Numbered from the stretch's first letter, positions 1 through 13,378 are shown. The stretch: 51,119 nucleotides of DNA from Girardia tigrina (GCA_001938485.1 MQRK01230303.1:4839-55957); one strand, 5' to 3'. Numbers and translations are program-made. Notes: a model not told the origin generated them from the sequence alone.

Positions 1-75
1 TAACTATTTGTAACTATTATAACTATAATTATAACTATATTTACAAATATATTTATAACTATATTTATAACTATT
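1..75. repeat. Degenerate TAACTAT(A/T) simple tandem repeat
   Basis: Several TAACTAT units in the first ~75 nt. Confidence 0.6.
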
Positions 76-87
76 ACGTTATACTGC

Positions 88-112
88 CCGGAAACTTTTT
101 GGACGACCTAAT
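88..112 (+). mobile_element. Isolated mariner-like terminal inverted repeat
   Basis: CGGAAACTTTTTGGACGACCTAATA followed by TA. Its reverse complement TATTAGGTCGTCCAAAAAGTTTCCG resembles the mariner TIRs at ~36128-36150 and ~49075-49102. Confidence 0.45.
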
Positions 113-2059
113 ATATATTGGTAAGGTTATTAAAGGCGGATTCGTTTGGAAATATTACCAACAACTCATGATGAATAAATGTAAGATTCACCTCTGTGGG
201 TGCCCCAATAATCGAGGCTCAATTACTTACGAGGCGCCCACTACCTACTGTCACAACTAAAGTACAATTCACGTGTTTGCCATCACATGAGCCTCGTGAC
301 CTCCCACGTAACAGATTACCGCCGTGACGACATAAAAATAGAATTGTTAAGAAAAAAGGTAGACTCCGATCGAATAACATTTTGCAGATCACACCTTGCT
401 GATTGAATACATGGCAATATTAATTACTTAATTAATACTTTAAAAGGTTTCTCCAATTTTTAGTTGATTATTAAAACAAATTTTATTATTTTTTGATTTT
501 TGGTACTTACTTTTATTAATTATTAAAAATTTTTATCTTGACAATTTCAATCTGATTTTTTTATTGTTAACTTTAATTTATTTTTATTAATAATGATCAA
601 ATTTACTATTTTTCTCATCGTATATGATTCCCACCGAAATATGATAATTTTAATTTTTTGTGTAAAAATGCGAGCAGTACATTAGCCCCCCCCTTGGAAG
701 AGGCACAACCATCGAGTCGACATGGGTTGATTACTCGAGGTCAGAGGAGTCTTCGACATCACGTTGATTCCATAGTGCGAAGCTGGTTTTGAGTGGTGTT
801 CAGCGTGGCGGAGGGTTTGGTTCTGGTTGTATTCGAATTGGAGCGGACTGTTCGGGCGCTGTCTCCCGGCGATGTATTCCCTGTGGTGTAACGGAGTTCT
901 TGTCGGGAGGTAGTTGATTCTTCTTTTGTTCTGGGTCGCTTTTGAATCTGCAGACCTTAATGCCGGTGTTGGGTCTCCTGATTTTGTTCTGGCTGCTGAT
1001 CCATTTAATGTTGTTGACAAGATTACTAATGTTGTTTTTGTTGTTTACGAGGGTAGGGTTGTTGTCATTGGTTTTGTCGAGGCTGAAGATAATGTTACTG
1101 TTATTGGTAAGGTTATTGCTGTTGCTGATGTTGATAATGGCGATTTCTTCATTGTCGTTGCGATGTTTATTGGTGTCATTATCGTTGTTGGGCGATCGGA
1201 CGCGTCTCCCTCACTCTACATCTACAAGTAGTGAAGAGTTCAGAGCGCCTTCGGGTTCGAAGGCCAGGACGGGTAAATAGCCCCCCCAGCCTGGTCAGCC
1301 TCGATAGAGGATGACATGTATTAGTGTTGCTTTTCGATTATTTCGGCTTCTTTCTGCTTAAGTTGTGCATTTGTTGCATCTATAAGTAATTGTCTCGGAT
1401 TGTTCATAGATTTGGAATCCAATAATGTCTTAGACATAATCCAAACGAAATACACAACCATATAATCAGTCAAAAAGAATAATACTGTCTTCTTATACTT
1501 GCGAAATCCAGATCCGGAACAATGACGGGAATTTTGTTGTAGATTTGTAGCGCTCAGATAGAAAATTAATTTATTTGGATAGAGTATTAATTTATTTGTC
1601 ATGCCTGCGTACAGAAGGAGAAACTAAAGTTTGTCTCGTAAAGTTAAGGCACTAAAATAACTCTGTAATCCGAGAATAAATAATCGTAATTGAATTCGTC
1701 TATTTTGTCAAGTATATAATAATTGCTTTTCAACAAACAATCATGTCCATATACCCTGGTGAGGTTGTAACATCCCTCATATGAAACCAATGCAGTTACG
1801 TCCATTGGTCTCAGAAGCTGTGACGTTGAACAGACCTTGTAATTCGGAGCGGTTGACATTATTGACGGTTAGAAAAATGTGGAAGATAATAAATAGATAC
1901 TTTAACACACAAATAATAATTCCTTTATTCTAGTTCAAACGACATTACACCGATTTGAATAATTTCATTTCATACATAATTTATTTTGTACAGTAAAACA
2001 AAGACTTTTTGAATTAATATTTTTTATATTAATTTTCATTTCACAAAATAACCACACAG

Positions 2060-3180
2060 CACATCAGACTAATGCGTGAATCGATTTTTGAAAGACAAAC
2101 GCGCATTTTCTTGTCAAAGTCTCTGTCGTTTGCTAAATTTTATTTCAGTAAAAACTGAACAAAAAATTATAGAAATAAAAGCTTATAAATGGTAAAAGAG
2201 ATTACAAAGCTTTCTTACGTAATTTAGGAAATTTTTTTTACTCAAGCACAACGAAAACCCAGACACATTCTTTTCAGTGAATAATCTATTAAAAAATCGT
2301 TCTCAAATCAATTAAATTTTTATCCTGTTTTCCTTCAAGATTTGTAATTTTACAGACTATGAATAGGTTGACAACCAATTCCTTTTCTGATGCATCTATA
2401 TTAGGAAAATACTTCACAAAAGATGCTGATAAACACTTCAAATTGTCTTCAATTTCTTGCTTGAATAGGATATTTAAAGGATTCTTATCAACCGGAGTAA
2501 AGATGCAAAGTCTGAGTTGCTTATTTTTTTAAAATTCCATAAGCCAAATTTTTCTTTAAGCGGTTTTAACTTTCCAAAGTTACTGAGCATAGTGAAAGTA
2601 AATTTTCCACAGCATTTAGCAAACTTAAGGTATCCTTCTTTAGTTTTTCGAAAAGATCACTCAAGAATGAAACTTACAACCACTTAACATCACTGATTAG
2701 GAAATTAAAATCAATTTCTTCGGTATTAATGAATGCGAAAATTTAAGTTTTCCTGAAAACGTTTGGAGCGTGCTTGACACAAAGGCTTGTTCCAACCCAC
2801 TGATTCCTTGATTCATTTAAGAATTCACATAAGAAATATTTGGAAGTGTTCGATATTTCACACCTTTTTTCACCGTCGATGTTTTACCAAAACGCTTGAA
2901 AGCCTGCATCGCAGAAAAGGAGATCTTTCCAATGAAAGTGATTTTGTATTGTAAATATACACATTCTTAAGAAATGTTTTTGAGTTTTTCAATCTGTTTT
3001 ATTCGTCATTGCTTCAACACCTAACTTCATACATTGAAATCGCAATTGCTGGACACCATACATTATCATTATTTTTGCTCTCTTTGTGAACAGAACACTT
3101 GAAGCAACTTTTACACTTCAAAAATAAATAAAATTACAAATCTAAATTGTAGAACTGTAATTCCTTAATAATGTCTAAAC
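2060..3180 (-). mobile_element. Highly degenerate MULE/Mutator-like transposase relic
   Basis: The minus strand near 2570-2615 reads ...YFHYAQ*LW, like the MULE (G)C(F/Y)FH(F/Y)xQ..W motif. There are many stops and frameshifts, and no TIRs were recognised. Confidence 0.4.
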
Positions 3181-3724
3181 AAACTTCATTAATTTTAAAT
3201 TCTAATAATTTTCTCGCGACTTTTTTTCTCTTTTATTCGAAAAACAAAAATATATAATAATAATAAAGATAAAAAAATTATAATTCAGAATCACTAAATT
3301 CATTCTAAAATACAAATTTAGTTCCAAAAGAATCTTAACAATAAAATATATCAATTTAAAATGTCCACCTTTCGCCAAGACTTCTGAACTTAAATACATA
3401 CACAATTTTTAAATAATAAAATTTAATTAATAAAATATTCATTGACATCCCTGAACCCATCAATCTGGTGCCCCTTTGGAATGATAATTTATACTTGGAT
3501 TATACAATTTTGTATTGGATACGGTTTCAATTAAAACTTTCTCAAACTTTTTCATCAATCGTATTTTCAAATTGCTGTTTTCAAATATTAAAATACATTA
3601 CAGATTAATATTTAATAAAATATTAATAAAAATATTTTTTGATTTATTTAAAGATAAAAAGGACATTTAAATCACAAACTAATGTAAATAAATTATAGAA
3701 GTAAATTTAAAATAATTTTCAATT

Positions 3725-4665
3725 TTAAAATAAAAATATGTGCTGCAGCAAGTCGTCAATTGTCGCTCGTTCCGATGGATCTCCTCGTAAACAGAGACCG
3801 ATGAAGTCTTTTAGTCTCTCAGTGGCATCTTCTGGATACGTAAAATCGATTCGTTTTCTAAATCCGATTTGATATATCACTTGCGGAGTGCTTTTATAGT
3901 TGTAAAATGGTATCCGCCCTAAATTGAAAATGTCGTTTTATTCATTGAATTTAATTTAATTTTTTATTCGAACCGGTAACCATCTCAACCAGTGTTGCTC
4001 CAAATGACCAAACATCAGCAGCAAATCCATAAGGTTCACCACAAATTATTTCTGGTGCCATCCAATTAGCGGTTCCCCTTGCTGATTCGAGAACTCCATT
4101 TAACTCATCTGAATTTGCAACTTTTGTCAAGCGTTTCGCCCATCCGAAATCGCACAATTTAATATTATCTTTGTCGTCTAATAGGATATTCTCTCCTGAT
4201 ATAATTTATTTTACAGTTTCACTTGAAAGAATTTAGTACCTTTAATATCTCCATGGATAATTTGGTTATCATGTAAATACTGTAATCCTTCTAATATTTG
4301 GTCCGAATATTTGGAAATTTTAGATTCTGGTAACGCATTATTCTTCACATATGATCCCAGAGTTCCCTAGTAAATAGTCGATGACATCCACAGTTAATAA
4401 TTGATCAAAATTCATTACACCTGGCAAGTACTCCATCAATAAACATAAAGCACTATATGTATCTATTTGTCTCTCAAATCGAACAATTCTCAGATGATTT
4501 AATGATTTAATTACGGATAATTCATTGCTGAATGAATCTTTCTTTTGTTCGGTAATTTTGAACACTTTCATTGCGTATATTTTATTCGATCCAATCTCTG
4601 TACACTTGTACACAGTTCCAAATGCGCCTTTGCCCAAATATTTGTTTTGAATAAAATTTTCGATA
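3725..4665 (-). CDS. Ser/Thr protein kinase, STE11/MEKK2-3-like MAP3K-type catalytic domain (spliced; start exon uncertain)
   Basis: Exons 4665-4419, 4366-4240, 4195-3974 and 3918-3725 are joined by GT-AG introns of 52, 44 and 55 nt into one open frame. Motifs: LGKGAFGTVY, AMK, MEYLPGGTL, HGDIKGENILL, DFG, GTANWMAPE, DVWSFGAT, DPSERATIDDLLQH, then TAA. A possible first micro-exon (ATG at 4783) is speculative. Confidence 0.88.
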
Positions 4666-4819
4666 CTGAAATATTATTTAAGTAATCGATATAATTATTA
4701 TTATTATTATAATTATTATTATAAACGAATATTTTAAATTTTTAATTCAAGAAATTATATCTAAATGTTCACATTTTTACCATAAAAATTAATGATAGGA
4801 AATTATTTCAGCAAAAACT

Positions 4820-5460
4820 GAGGGATAGTTTCAAGTTCGTGCCGAACGTTTAATGAAACAGGTAATTTAGTACGAGACATTCGTCTTTAGTTCTTCATTG
4901 CCAAAAATTTCCAAACCATTTTGCGAGTTTGTTGTTTGTATGCTGTTTAGATTGGTGACTCTCCTATCCAGATGGTATTGTGTTATTGATTAGCCTCATC
5001 TGAGAACCATACGGTTTGCACTTTTCCTCAACTTTATATCGATTACTTAATTCTGTTGATTTTGAAACCCAGTTGTGGTCATCAGTTTATGATATTTGAT
5101 TCTGCGATAACATTTCAAGTGACTTTCCTTTAAAATATTGAACACTGATCCCTTTGAAATATGCAATGCAGATACCGTTTGTCATTGACTGCTGTGCGGA
5201 AAACTAGGATGAAGACTGCCATTCTAAGCAACGCTTGTTAAACCTGAGATTGAAGTTTTCGTTTTCTATCGTTACTTTCTAACGTATTTTGGCAGCGGCC
5301 ACACTAATATTCTTCAGTTTATTACACACAGTCTGAATTTCTGTAATATCAGCAAAAGATTGAGCAAAAACTTCGGTGCACTTTTTAAAGCCTCAAGTAT
5401 GGTGTTCCTTCTTAAAAAGAGAAATAACACTGCGTTGAAAATCAGTCAATTGCGGAACCA
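4820..5460 (-). mobile_element. Degenerate Tc1/mariner-superfamily transposase relic
   Basis: The minus strand at ~4993-5010 reads WFSDEA (first catalytic-Asp motif), with a C-terminal-like VRHELETIP near 4825-4845. A 47-bp piece recurs in opposite orientation at 9601-9647. Confidence 0.6.
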
Positions 5461-5989
5461 TTCTCTAAAGAGACAATAAATAATAAAATATATCATGTGC
5501 TATATAATAATAGAACAGAAATATCAACCAATCAGAGTCAGTTAATCAGCCTTTATCACATGATTAATTAAATAAAAAAGTTCCTTTGGTTTTTTTATCT
5601 AAATATAGATTTGTTTATCTTTATCACTTTAATTCAATACACTTTCGTTTCATAAAATCTTCTGGTTTTACTCTCTGTAAGCATCTTTCACGAACTATTG
5701 ATCAAAAGTTTTGGGGACCTGAACTGGAAGGAAGCAATTCTATACCTAGACGATATATTGATATATTTTAAAGACAAGAAAGAACATCTAAAAAGAATAA
5801 AGAACAAAATCGTTTTGCGAAATCTCCAAAAATTATTGATCGCCGTCGAACATATTTCGCATCGAACATAAATCGTCCATAGCTTCTTCAGAATTGACTG
5901 ATGATAATCATTAATTGAAGTCCTGAGGAGGACTGTTTCACGTTCTCTCCAATAATTAATTTTCGATAAATAACAATAAATGTGTTCTC

Positions 5990-8900
5990 GGGATCCAGTA
6001 CTTATTATTTTCCGTTGCTATAATGTCATCTCTCAGTTTCCATTTATTTGTTCTTCCTTGTTTCAAATCTTTCTTGATTTGTTCGATTTCTTCATTGTCA
6101 TTCTGCCATTTGAAATTATTTGGTTCTTCGTGTATCGCTAGAATTCAAGTTTTAATCTTTCTTTTCTTTGCTTCTTCATGTGCTGTTTGGCACTGACTAC
6201 ATAATTCGCAAGAGTTTCTCGACATAGTATCTGCATTTGAGTGTCTTTCACCTTTCCTGTATTCCATTGTCATATCAAGACCGCTAAGAAAATTTATCCA
6301 TGTTTGAAATTGCGGTGTTATTGGGTTCTTTGTGGTCATCATAAACGTAATAGCTTTGTGGTCTGTTCGCAACAAGAATCTTTTCCCATATAAGAAATGC
6401 TTAAAATGNNNNNNNNNNNNNNNNNNNNCTAGTAATTCTTTTCTGGTAATGCAATAACCAAGTTCATGTTTATTCATCTTATGAGAACCATATGCTATGA
6501 CTCTTTCTCTTCCACTCGAGTCTTTTTGTGACAGTACTGCTCCAATCGTATCGAAACTTGCATCTGTGTCCAATATAAATTCTTTATCGAAATCTGGATA
6601 CTTCAAGATTGGAGTTTGAACCATTTTTTCTTTTAATCTTTGAAAAGCTTCGTCACATTCTTTTGTCCATATTATTTTCTTATCCTTGTTTTTGCCACAC
6701 AGGCCTTCTAAAACTTTCGAATATCTTGCATAATCTTTTATGAATTTTCTGTAATAATTTGCAAACCCAAGAAACTCCTTAAATGTTTAATACATGATGG
6801 GTTTTGAAATTTGTTAATCGCATCAATCTTTGTTTTATCAGTTTCTATACCATCTTTACTTATTACGTAGCCCAGAAATTTGGTCTTTTCTACTAGAAAT
6901 TGACATTTCGCTGGATTTATCCTCAAACCTGATTCTTTGATTTTTTGAAACACATTCTTTATTCTTTGTATATGTTCTTTCTTATCTTTAGAAAATATCA
7001 AGATATCATCTAGATATACGACTGCTTCCTTCGAGTTCAATTCCCCAAGAATTTTTACCATTAGTTCTTGAAAGGTGGCCGGGGCGGCTGCTATTCCGCA
7101 TGGCATTCTTTTAAAACAATATTGACCATTCTTTGTCGAGAATGCCGTTTTAATCTTTGATTCTTCCTCAAGTTCAACTTGATAGTATGCGTTTCCCAAG
7201 TCAATTGTAGTGAAATACTTTGCACCATTCAATGTGTTTAACATATCATCCACATTTAGCATAGGGAATGCTGGTCTGAGAGTAACTTTATTTAATTGTC
7301 GAAAATCCATACACACTCGTATTTCTTGTTTCTCTTTCTTCCAGACGCATACCAATGGAAAGTTCCATGGTGAACTACATTTTTCGATTATATCATTTTC
7401 TTCAAAATTTTTAATAACTTCGTCTAATGTTTCATCAAAATGCTTTGGTTGTCTATACGGCTTTACTAACACCGGTTCACCATTAGTCTCAATTTTGTGT
7501 TTCGTCAACGATGTTTTCCCAATATCCCATTTATCTGTCATGAATATCGACTTAAACTCTTTTATCATGTTCATCAACTGATCATCGACCTTACCTCGGT
7601 ATAGGTCCGTTATCCTTTTCAATCTGTCTTCATCTGATGGGCTATCCCTTATCATAAATACATAACTATTTTGTATTGATTTATTAATCAGCTTTATCCC
7701 AAAATTATCCAAAAAGTCCACCCCTGCTATCATTTCTGGGTTCATTCCTTTGACAACATAGAATTTTATATTCTTTTGGTTCCCTTCAATTTTAATCTTC
7801 AAGAGTACTGTTCCATAATTTATTAATTTCAAAGCATTTGCGCACGCTAAGCGTCTTCGCGATTCTCTAATCCTAAAATTTGGTATGTTCTTAATTAAAC
7901 TTAATTCAATCACATTTACTCTAGCGCCGGTGTCTAAAAGACAGTGTACTTCTCTATCTTTAATGTAAAAATCTATACTTGGTCTACCATCCAGTTTGTC
8001 ATATTTAATGTTAAGCTTTGTTATTTTTAAAATTTCTTCATTCTTCGTTTTGTTTCTTTTTTCTTCCATTTTACTACTAAAACAGTTTCCTTCACATTCT
8101 TCTTTCCAACAATCTAATTTACAAACTTCGAGGTGGTTATTTCCAGTCATACAATTACATATACAATCACACACACCATCATACTTATTTTTATCATTTA
8201 ATGAAGCACATTGATCACCGCTCCTGGTGATCGTGCCTCCTCGTTTCCCTGATCATTTTCATACGTTTATCTCTTTATCGGGGAAGACCCTTTTAGTTAA
8301 CTTTCCTTGATTTGATCTAGTCCATTCGTTTTCGCTGTCGTCATTGCATTCATCAATTTCCGCAACTGGGTATTGACGATTTTGAGGTCTATTATGGTAT
8401 CCTGCATTATGTTTTTTCTTCCAATCGCTGTTTCTACTGTACTGTTCTCTTTCCTTAAATCTATTCTTGTTAAGATAACATTGAGTTCTATAATGGCCAT
8501 TTCTGTTGCAGTGAGTACACTTCACATTTGGGCAATCTCTTCTTATGTGGCCTTCTTGACATGCAAAACATTTTACAGTTCTGTTAGAATTGTTTTTCGG
8601 TTTGAATCCATTATTACCTTGGTTCCTATTGTTGTGTTCGTAATGTCTATGCGGGATTCTTTCGTTGTGTACAACTTTGCGTCTAGGTACGGTTTTCCAA
8701 TTATCTTGTTTATTTACCGTTGTATATGCGCCACTGTTTCCTCACTTTCCATTTTACGTAGTTCGTACATATTGGTAACTACGCTTTTTATATCTTTGGT
8801 TTCAGTTGTTCCTCTCAGTTTTAATTCTTTTTTGATTTCATAACTGTCAACCATATTTAAATAGGCAAGGTTGAGTAGTTCTTTTTCAGACAATTTTTCT

Positions 8901-9344
8901 TTTGTTAATATATTCACAAGTTCTTCTGGGTTGGAGGATCTCCCCCGTAAGTTTACCAACTCTTTCATTGTATCAAGAATTGATTTTTCTTTAGTAAATG
9001 CAGCCTTCAATTTTTCTTTGTAATTTTTACCGTCCATCTCTAAATATATTTTTTATTGCCAATGTTGTCATAAACACAGTCACCATCACTATTTTCCTCT
9101 CTTCTGTTATACCCATAATGTTGGATTAGAGTTCGAAATTATCAATGAAATCTTCCAAATCCGATTCTGATCCATTGAATTTTTCACATCCCATAATGTT
9201 CGTTGTCACATGAGCCGTGGTCGCCATATTAACAGCATCACAATTTGAATGCAAACATTTATTGACAACACAAACGGTTTCTTCACAACAATTTTCATTG
9301 GTCATCTTTCTTTGATTAATATAGTTTTTTTTTAATATATTCAA
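5990..9344 (-). mobile_element. Ty3/gypsy LTR retrotransposon relic (gag-protease-RT-RNase H; integrase and LTRs not seen)
   Basis: Gag fragments with a CCHC knuckle CTHCNRNGHYRTQC (8259-8525), aspartic protease LLDTGA, RT motifs SPWNFP / DFRQLN / YLDD (6738-8174), and RNase H DTDAS...IGAVLSQ...TDHKA...NAD (6145-6624). Frameshifted and truncated after ~5990. Confidence 0.95.
8203..8249 (-). promoter_or_regulatory. Programmed -1 ribosomal frameshift signal (gag-pol): slippery G GGA AAC plus downstream stem-loop
   Basis: Minus strand: CA GGGAAAC GAG GAGGCAC-GATCACC-AGGAGC-GGTGATC-AAT-GTGCTTC. The -1 frame (GGG AAA CGA...) is continuous with the pol ORF 6738-8174. Confidence 0.75.
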
Positions 9345-10271
9345 ATCTAAAAAAACAATGAATGGGAAAGTTTAATAATAAATTTTAATTTCTCATAATT
9401 TTATTGGATAAAAGTCATTACATAATTTTTTAAATAAACATTAATTTTTAAAATATATTACATTTAATAAGTTAAAATCATTTACTGAAAATATTATTAA
9501 AAATCATAATTACCAAACTTTAATTAATTAGTACTTAAAATTAATATCATTAAATTAATTTCATTAGATTCAAATAATCAATCAATAAACATATCAATCC
9601 CATCTGAGTAGGAGAGTCACAAATCTAAACAGCATACAAACAACAAAATTACAACATTCCAAATTATCCCTCACACTTGTAATTATTTTTGTAATCTTTG
9701 CAATCAATTTTCCAACGAAAGTTACGCAATCATCATTTTTTAATTTTCTAAAAAATACAATACAATTCGTGGAAGAGCTTTAAGTTGATCCCTTCAGAAC
9801 TCAGGAATTCTACACTAGAGACATTAATAAACTTGTTTCTCTTTGGCAAAAATAGATTGATTCTTATGATTTATATTTCAATTAATAAAGTTTATTCTGT
9901 GCTGAATTACATTTTTTTAAAGTTTACATTTCTTTTGCAACAACCTAATATTAAATCAGAATTAGTAAAATTAAAAATATGGTATTCTACTGTATTCGGG
10001 TACATGACGATATATGTCCTATTCAAAAGTTAATAAGTGTATAAATGATATCAACTAATAAATGAATTGTTCTGTACGTCCACGCTTTATGCGGGAAGAA
10101 GTCCATTTGCGATCAGTTTTGTTTATCTTTAGTAAAAGGGTAAATTACTAAACACTTTATAATTTTTACATTAGAAACAATTGAATTGGGAAATGTAGTT
10201 GTAAAAAAAGATTTAAAATAGTTGCTAATATCATAATAGATTGATTAAAAAATTATATATATATATATATG

Positions 10272-13200
10272 CAGTGGTGAGCTATAAGGGGCTCGCATGA
10301 GTTCTTTGTTAAATGGTTCTATGATTTTCCAGCAAGTTTTTTTTATTTCCCTTGTTCTTTTTTTATATATGTAATAAACAACAGTAACTATTAGCATTAA
10401 TATTTAAAAGTATTATTTACAGATTTGTTTTAATAATTTTACAAACATTTTCACTCATAAAAAATGAATACAAATAAATTTATTAAATTTCTTTGGAGAA
10501 GAAAAAAGAAAGAAATATGATACTATTGAAGTTGAGAATGAGGTTAACAATAATACGCACATTGATTCAATTAATGTGATACAAGTTGGAAAAGAAAATG
10601 AAAATAATTTACCTGATTGTTGGAGCGAGAAGCAAACATCGTATTTTAAAATACAATACAAGTGGTTATAAATTACAAATGGTAAATTGGGATGTCTTAT
10701 TTGCTCCGAATATAAAAACTTGAGTCTTGAAGAAAAACATTGCCATGTATCAAAGTAATGAATAGAAATGAAGTTGGAACCGAATGGAAACACTAAAGAT
10801 TCAAGAACCACGTAATCTAAGCAAAACGAATCATAAAAATAACCGAAGAAAGTAAGAAATCAATATTACCAAATTTAATTGATAACTTCAAAAATATTTA
10901 ATTCAGTCTATAGTCTGGTGAAGAGAAACCGACCGATGTCTGATTTACCCGATTTAATAGAGCTTGAGATTAAAATATTATTAATAAAAAAAAATTTTAT
11001 AAAAACAACCACGTTTTTCAAGCATTACCAATGCACTAAAAAGAGGAAAATAATTTTTTTTCTAGACATGTGTGAAATTTTATACCTAACCAAAAACGTG
11101 GGGCATAGAAATGATCAATTGTTACTAAAAAGCAGTAAAGAGGAAATAGCAGTTACTAATAGCAGTAATTCAGAAATCCGCCCGAAATATTATTTTTAGA
11201 AATATTATTTAACTATTTTTAGTTATCATTTAGGAATTTTTTTTTCAAAATTTTTTTTTATCAAATTGTATTGTCATCGGAAGCAAGCCTGTATAAAACT
11301 TCATTCATGAAAATAAACGAAAAGATTGCTATTTAATACAGTGCATAAATTTGTAGATAATCGTAAGTGGTTTTTTGCAAAAAACATTAGAAAAATTTAT
11401 TTTTTTTCAAAATTTTTTTTATCAAATTGTATTGCCATTGGAAGCAAGCCTGTATAATAAAATTCAGCTCAATTGGGTGACTGAAAGTGGTCGAAAAATC
11501 AATCGCAAGATTTGTTCCAGACAGACAAACAGACAAGAAAGCAAGCTAATAAAAACGTGGTAAAAATGGTATTGATTTTGGATTATCGTTGCATTCTAAA
11601 TTCTCAGGAATTAAAATAGCCAAACACATTTTCAAACAGATAAAACTAGAAATATTATTTAAAATAATAGAAAAAAATTGCAAAATTGCTATTATATTTG
11701 GCGAATCGACAAAATTATCAAAAACAAGTGTATTAGTAGTTTACTTACAAATTGAGATTACTGAACCATGTGTGATTTTTCTCTATCTTGTAGAGTTAGA
11801 AAATACTACCGCCAAATGTATACATGCTAATTTTATAAATACTTTAAATGCATATGGATTTACGATGAACTATTTGAAAAATCATCTCCTTGCATTTTGT
11901 TCTGATGAAACAAGTATCATATTACGAAACAAATCAAGTGTTGCTATCAAACTTCTAGAAACATATTCCTACATTGTGATTTGGCATTACATAGCTCATC
12001 GTTTAAAATTAGCTTTAGATGATGCGATAAAAAACATTAAAGAAACATTGAAGAAAAAAATTAAAATCATTTTTAAATATTTATAGATAAATTATATTCT
12101 TGTTACCATTAATCGCCTAAAAATAAACGAGAATTAGATATTATTCCTAAAAAACTTGGTATTGAAACTTTAAAGATCAACCATGCATGTAGTTTAAGAG
12201 CAACTCTTGCTGTATGGAGGAATTACCCAGTTTTATGGCAGCATTTTGCTGTGAATAACATTTATAAAGGCTTTTTAAACCGACTTTTAAATTTAGAATT
12301 TTTAAAAGATCTAGCATTAATGATCGATATCCTGCAGGAATTATCGTATCTCTCAGAAGGCCTACAAATTCGTAATATAAGCATTGTAAGAGCTATTTCG
12401 TTGATAATGCGAACAATCAATGTAATTAATAATTTACAAAATTCTTCTGGTTGTTACGTATCTAAAATTGAGTATATGTTAAAATCACAAGAATTTGAAT
12501 GTAATATCAAATTTCATAAATTACCACGAGAAAAATTACTTAACTCACTCGTGATGTCTTTAAAGGTTAGATTAATGCAACAAAGCAACTTTAAACTTAA
12601 AGATTAAAATTATGAAGATTCAGAAGATGAGTAATTCAAAAACATATTTAATGTATTTCTCCTGAAATATGGAATATAGAAGAAGTTACGTATCCCTGGC
12701 CAGAAGGAGAAAAGAGAATAAGAACTTTGAATTTTATTTTGAAAATGAAATTAAAATAAACGACTTCAGAGATTTAGTAGAAAACACAATCACTGGAAAA
12801 TTCCAAATCGAAATTCTCAAAACCGTGAAAAAAGCCAAGATCATTATGGAAACAATAGCAGTTAGCAGCTCTGAAGCTGAACGAGCTTTTAGTTCGATGA
12901 ACAATATCGTTACAACGAAAAGATCTTCTCTAACCGTTAAACGTGTTTCCGATTTTATGACTATCTGCTAAAATGAAAAATCTTTGGAAGAATTTAAACC
13001 TAACCTATATGTTAAATCTTTTTTAAAAAATCATCGCTTGGCTTTGGATAAACCTAAAGAATCAAAAGACGTGAAGTAGGAATAAAATACTGTATGGCGG
13101 CTTCTGGAATAAGTTGTCATTGCCAATATTCTTGTAGTAGTACTTTTAAGTTCTCTTTTACAAATGTCATATTTTTTTTATTTTATTATATTGTTTGTTG

Positions 13201-13378
13201 TATTATTTGTTGTATTTATTATTAATATATATTTTATTTGAAATGAACCATTGAAACCATATTTAAACCTTGATTTTGTGTTTTGTGTCAGTCTCAATGA
13301 CACATTGTTAGATCATAGTTCATACGATTCGCGAGAAAGGAGCAAGCCCCTTGCTAAAAATTTCATAGCTGACCACTG
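10272..13378 (+). mobile_element. hAT DNA transposon (ZNF862/DUF4371-like transposase, degenerate) with TIRs and 8-bp TSD
   Basis: TIRs CAGTGGTGAGCTAT / ATAGCTGACCACTG; TSD TATATATG at 10264-10271 and 13379-13386. Transposase fragments RNRPMSDLPDLIEL, FCSD, HYIAHRLKLA and the dimerisation motif VSSSEAERAFSSMN. Confidence 0.92.
10975..11565 (-). mobile_element. Non-autonomous Helentron/HINE (DINE-1-like) insertion nested in the hAT transposase
   Basis: Interrupts the hAT frame (LIELE | KNGIDFGLSLHS). Sub-terminal inverted repeats ACCACGTTTTT (11008-11018) / AAAAACGTGGT (11551-11561), an (ACAG/ACAA) microsatellite next to one end, a small hairpin GCATT-ACC-AATGC (11022-11034), insertion in an A/T run, and an internal ~60-bp duplication (~11237-11300 and ~11400-11460). 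Confidence 0.55.

Noticed and set aside
914-1280. Hydrophobic plus-strand ORFs resembling membrane proteins
   Set aside because: They are the antisense of an AAC/ACA-rich low-complexity strand, so the Val/Leu richness is compositional.
4928-9647. 47-bp inverted repeat (4928-4975 versus 9601-9647) flanking the gypsy relic as possible TIRs or inverted LTRs
   Set aside because: The sequence is internal to a Tc1-like transposase relic (just downstream of WFSDEA), so these are two fragments of one family in opposite orientation. No TSD.
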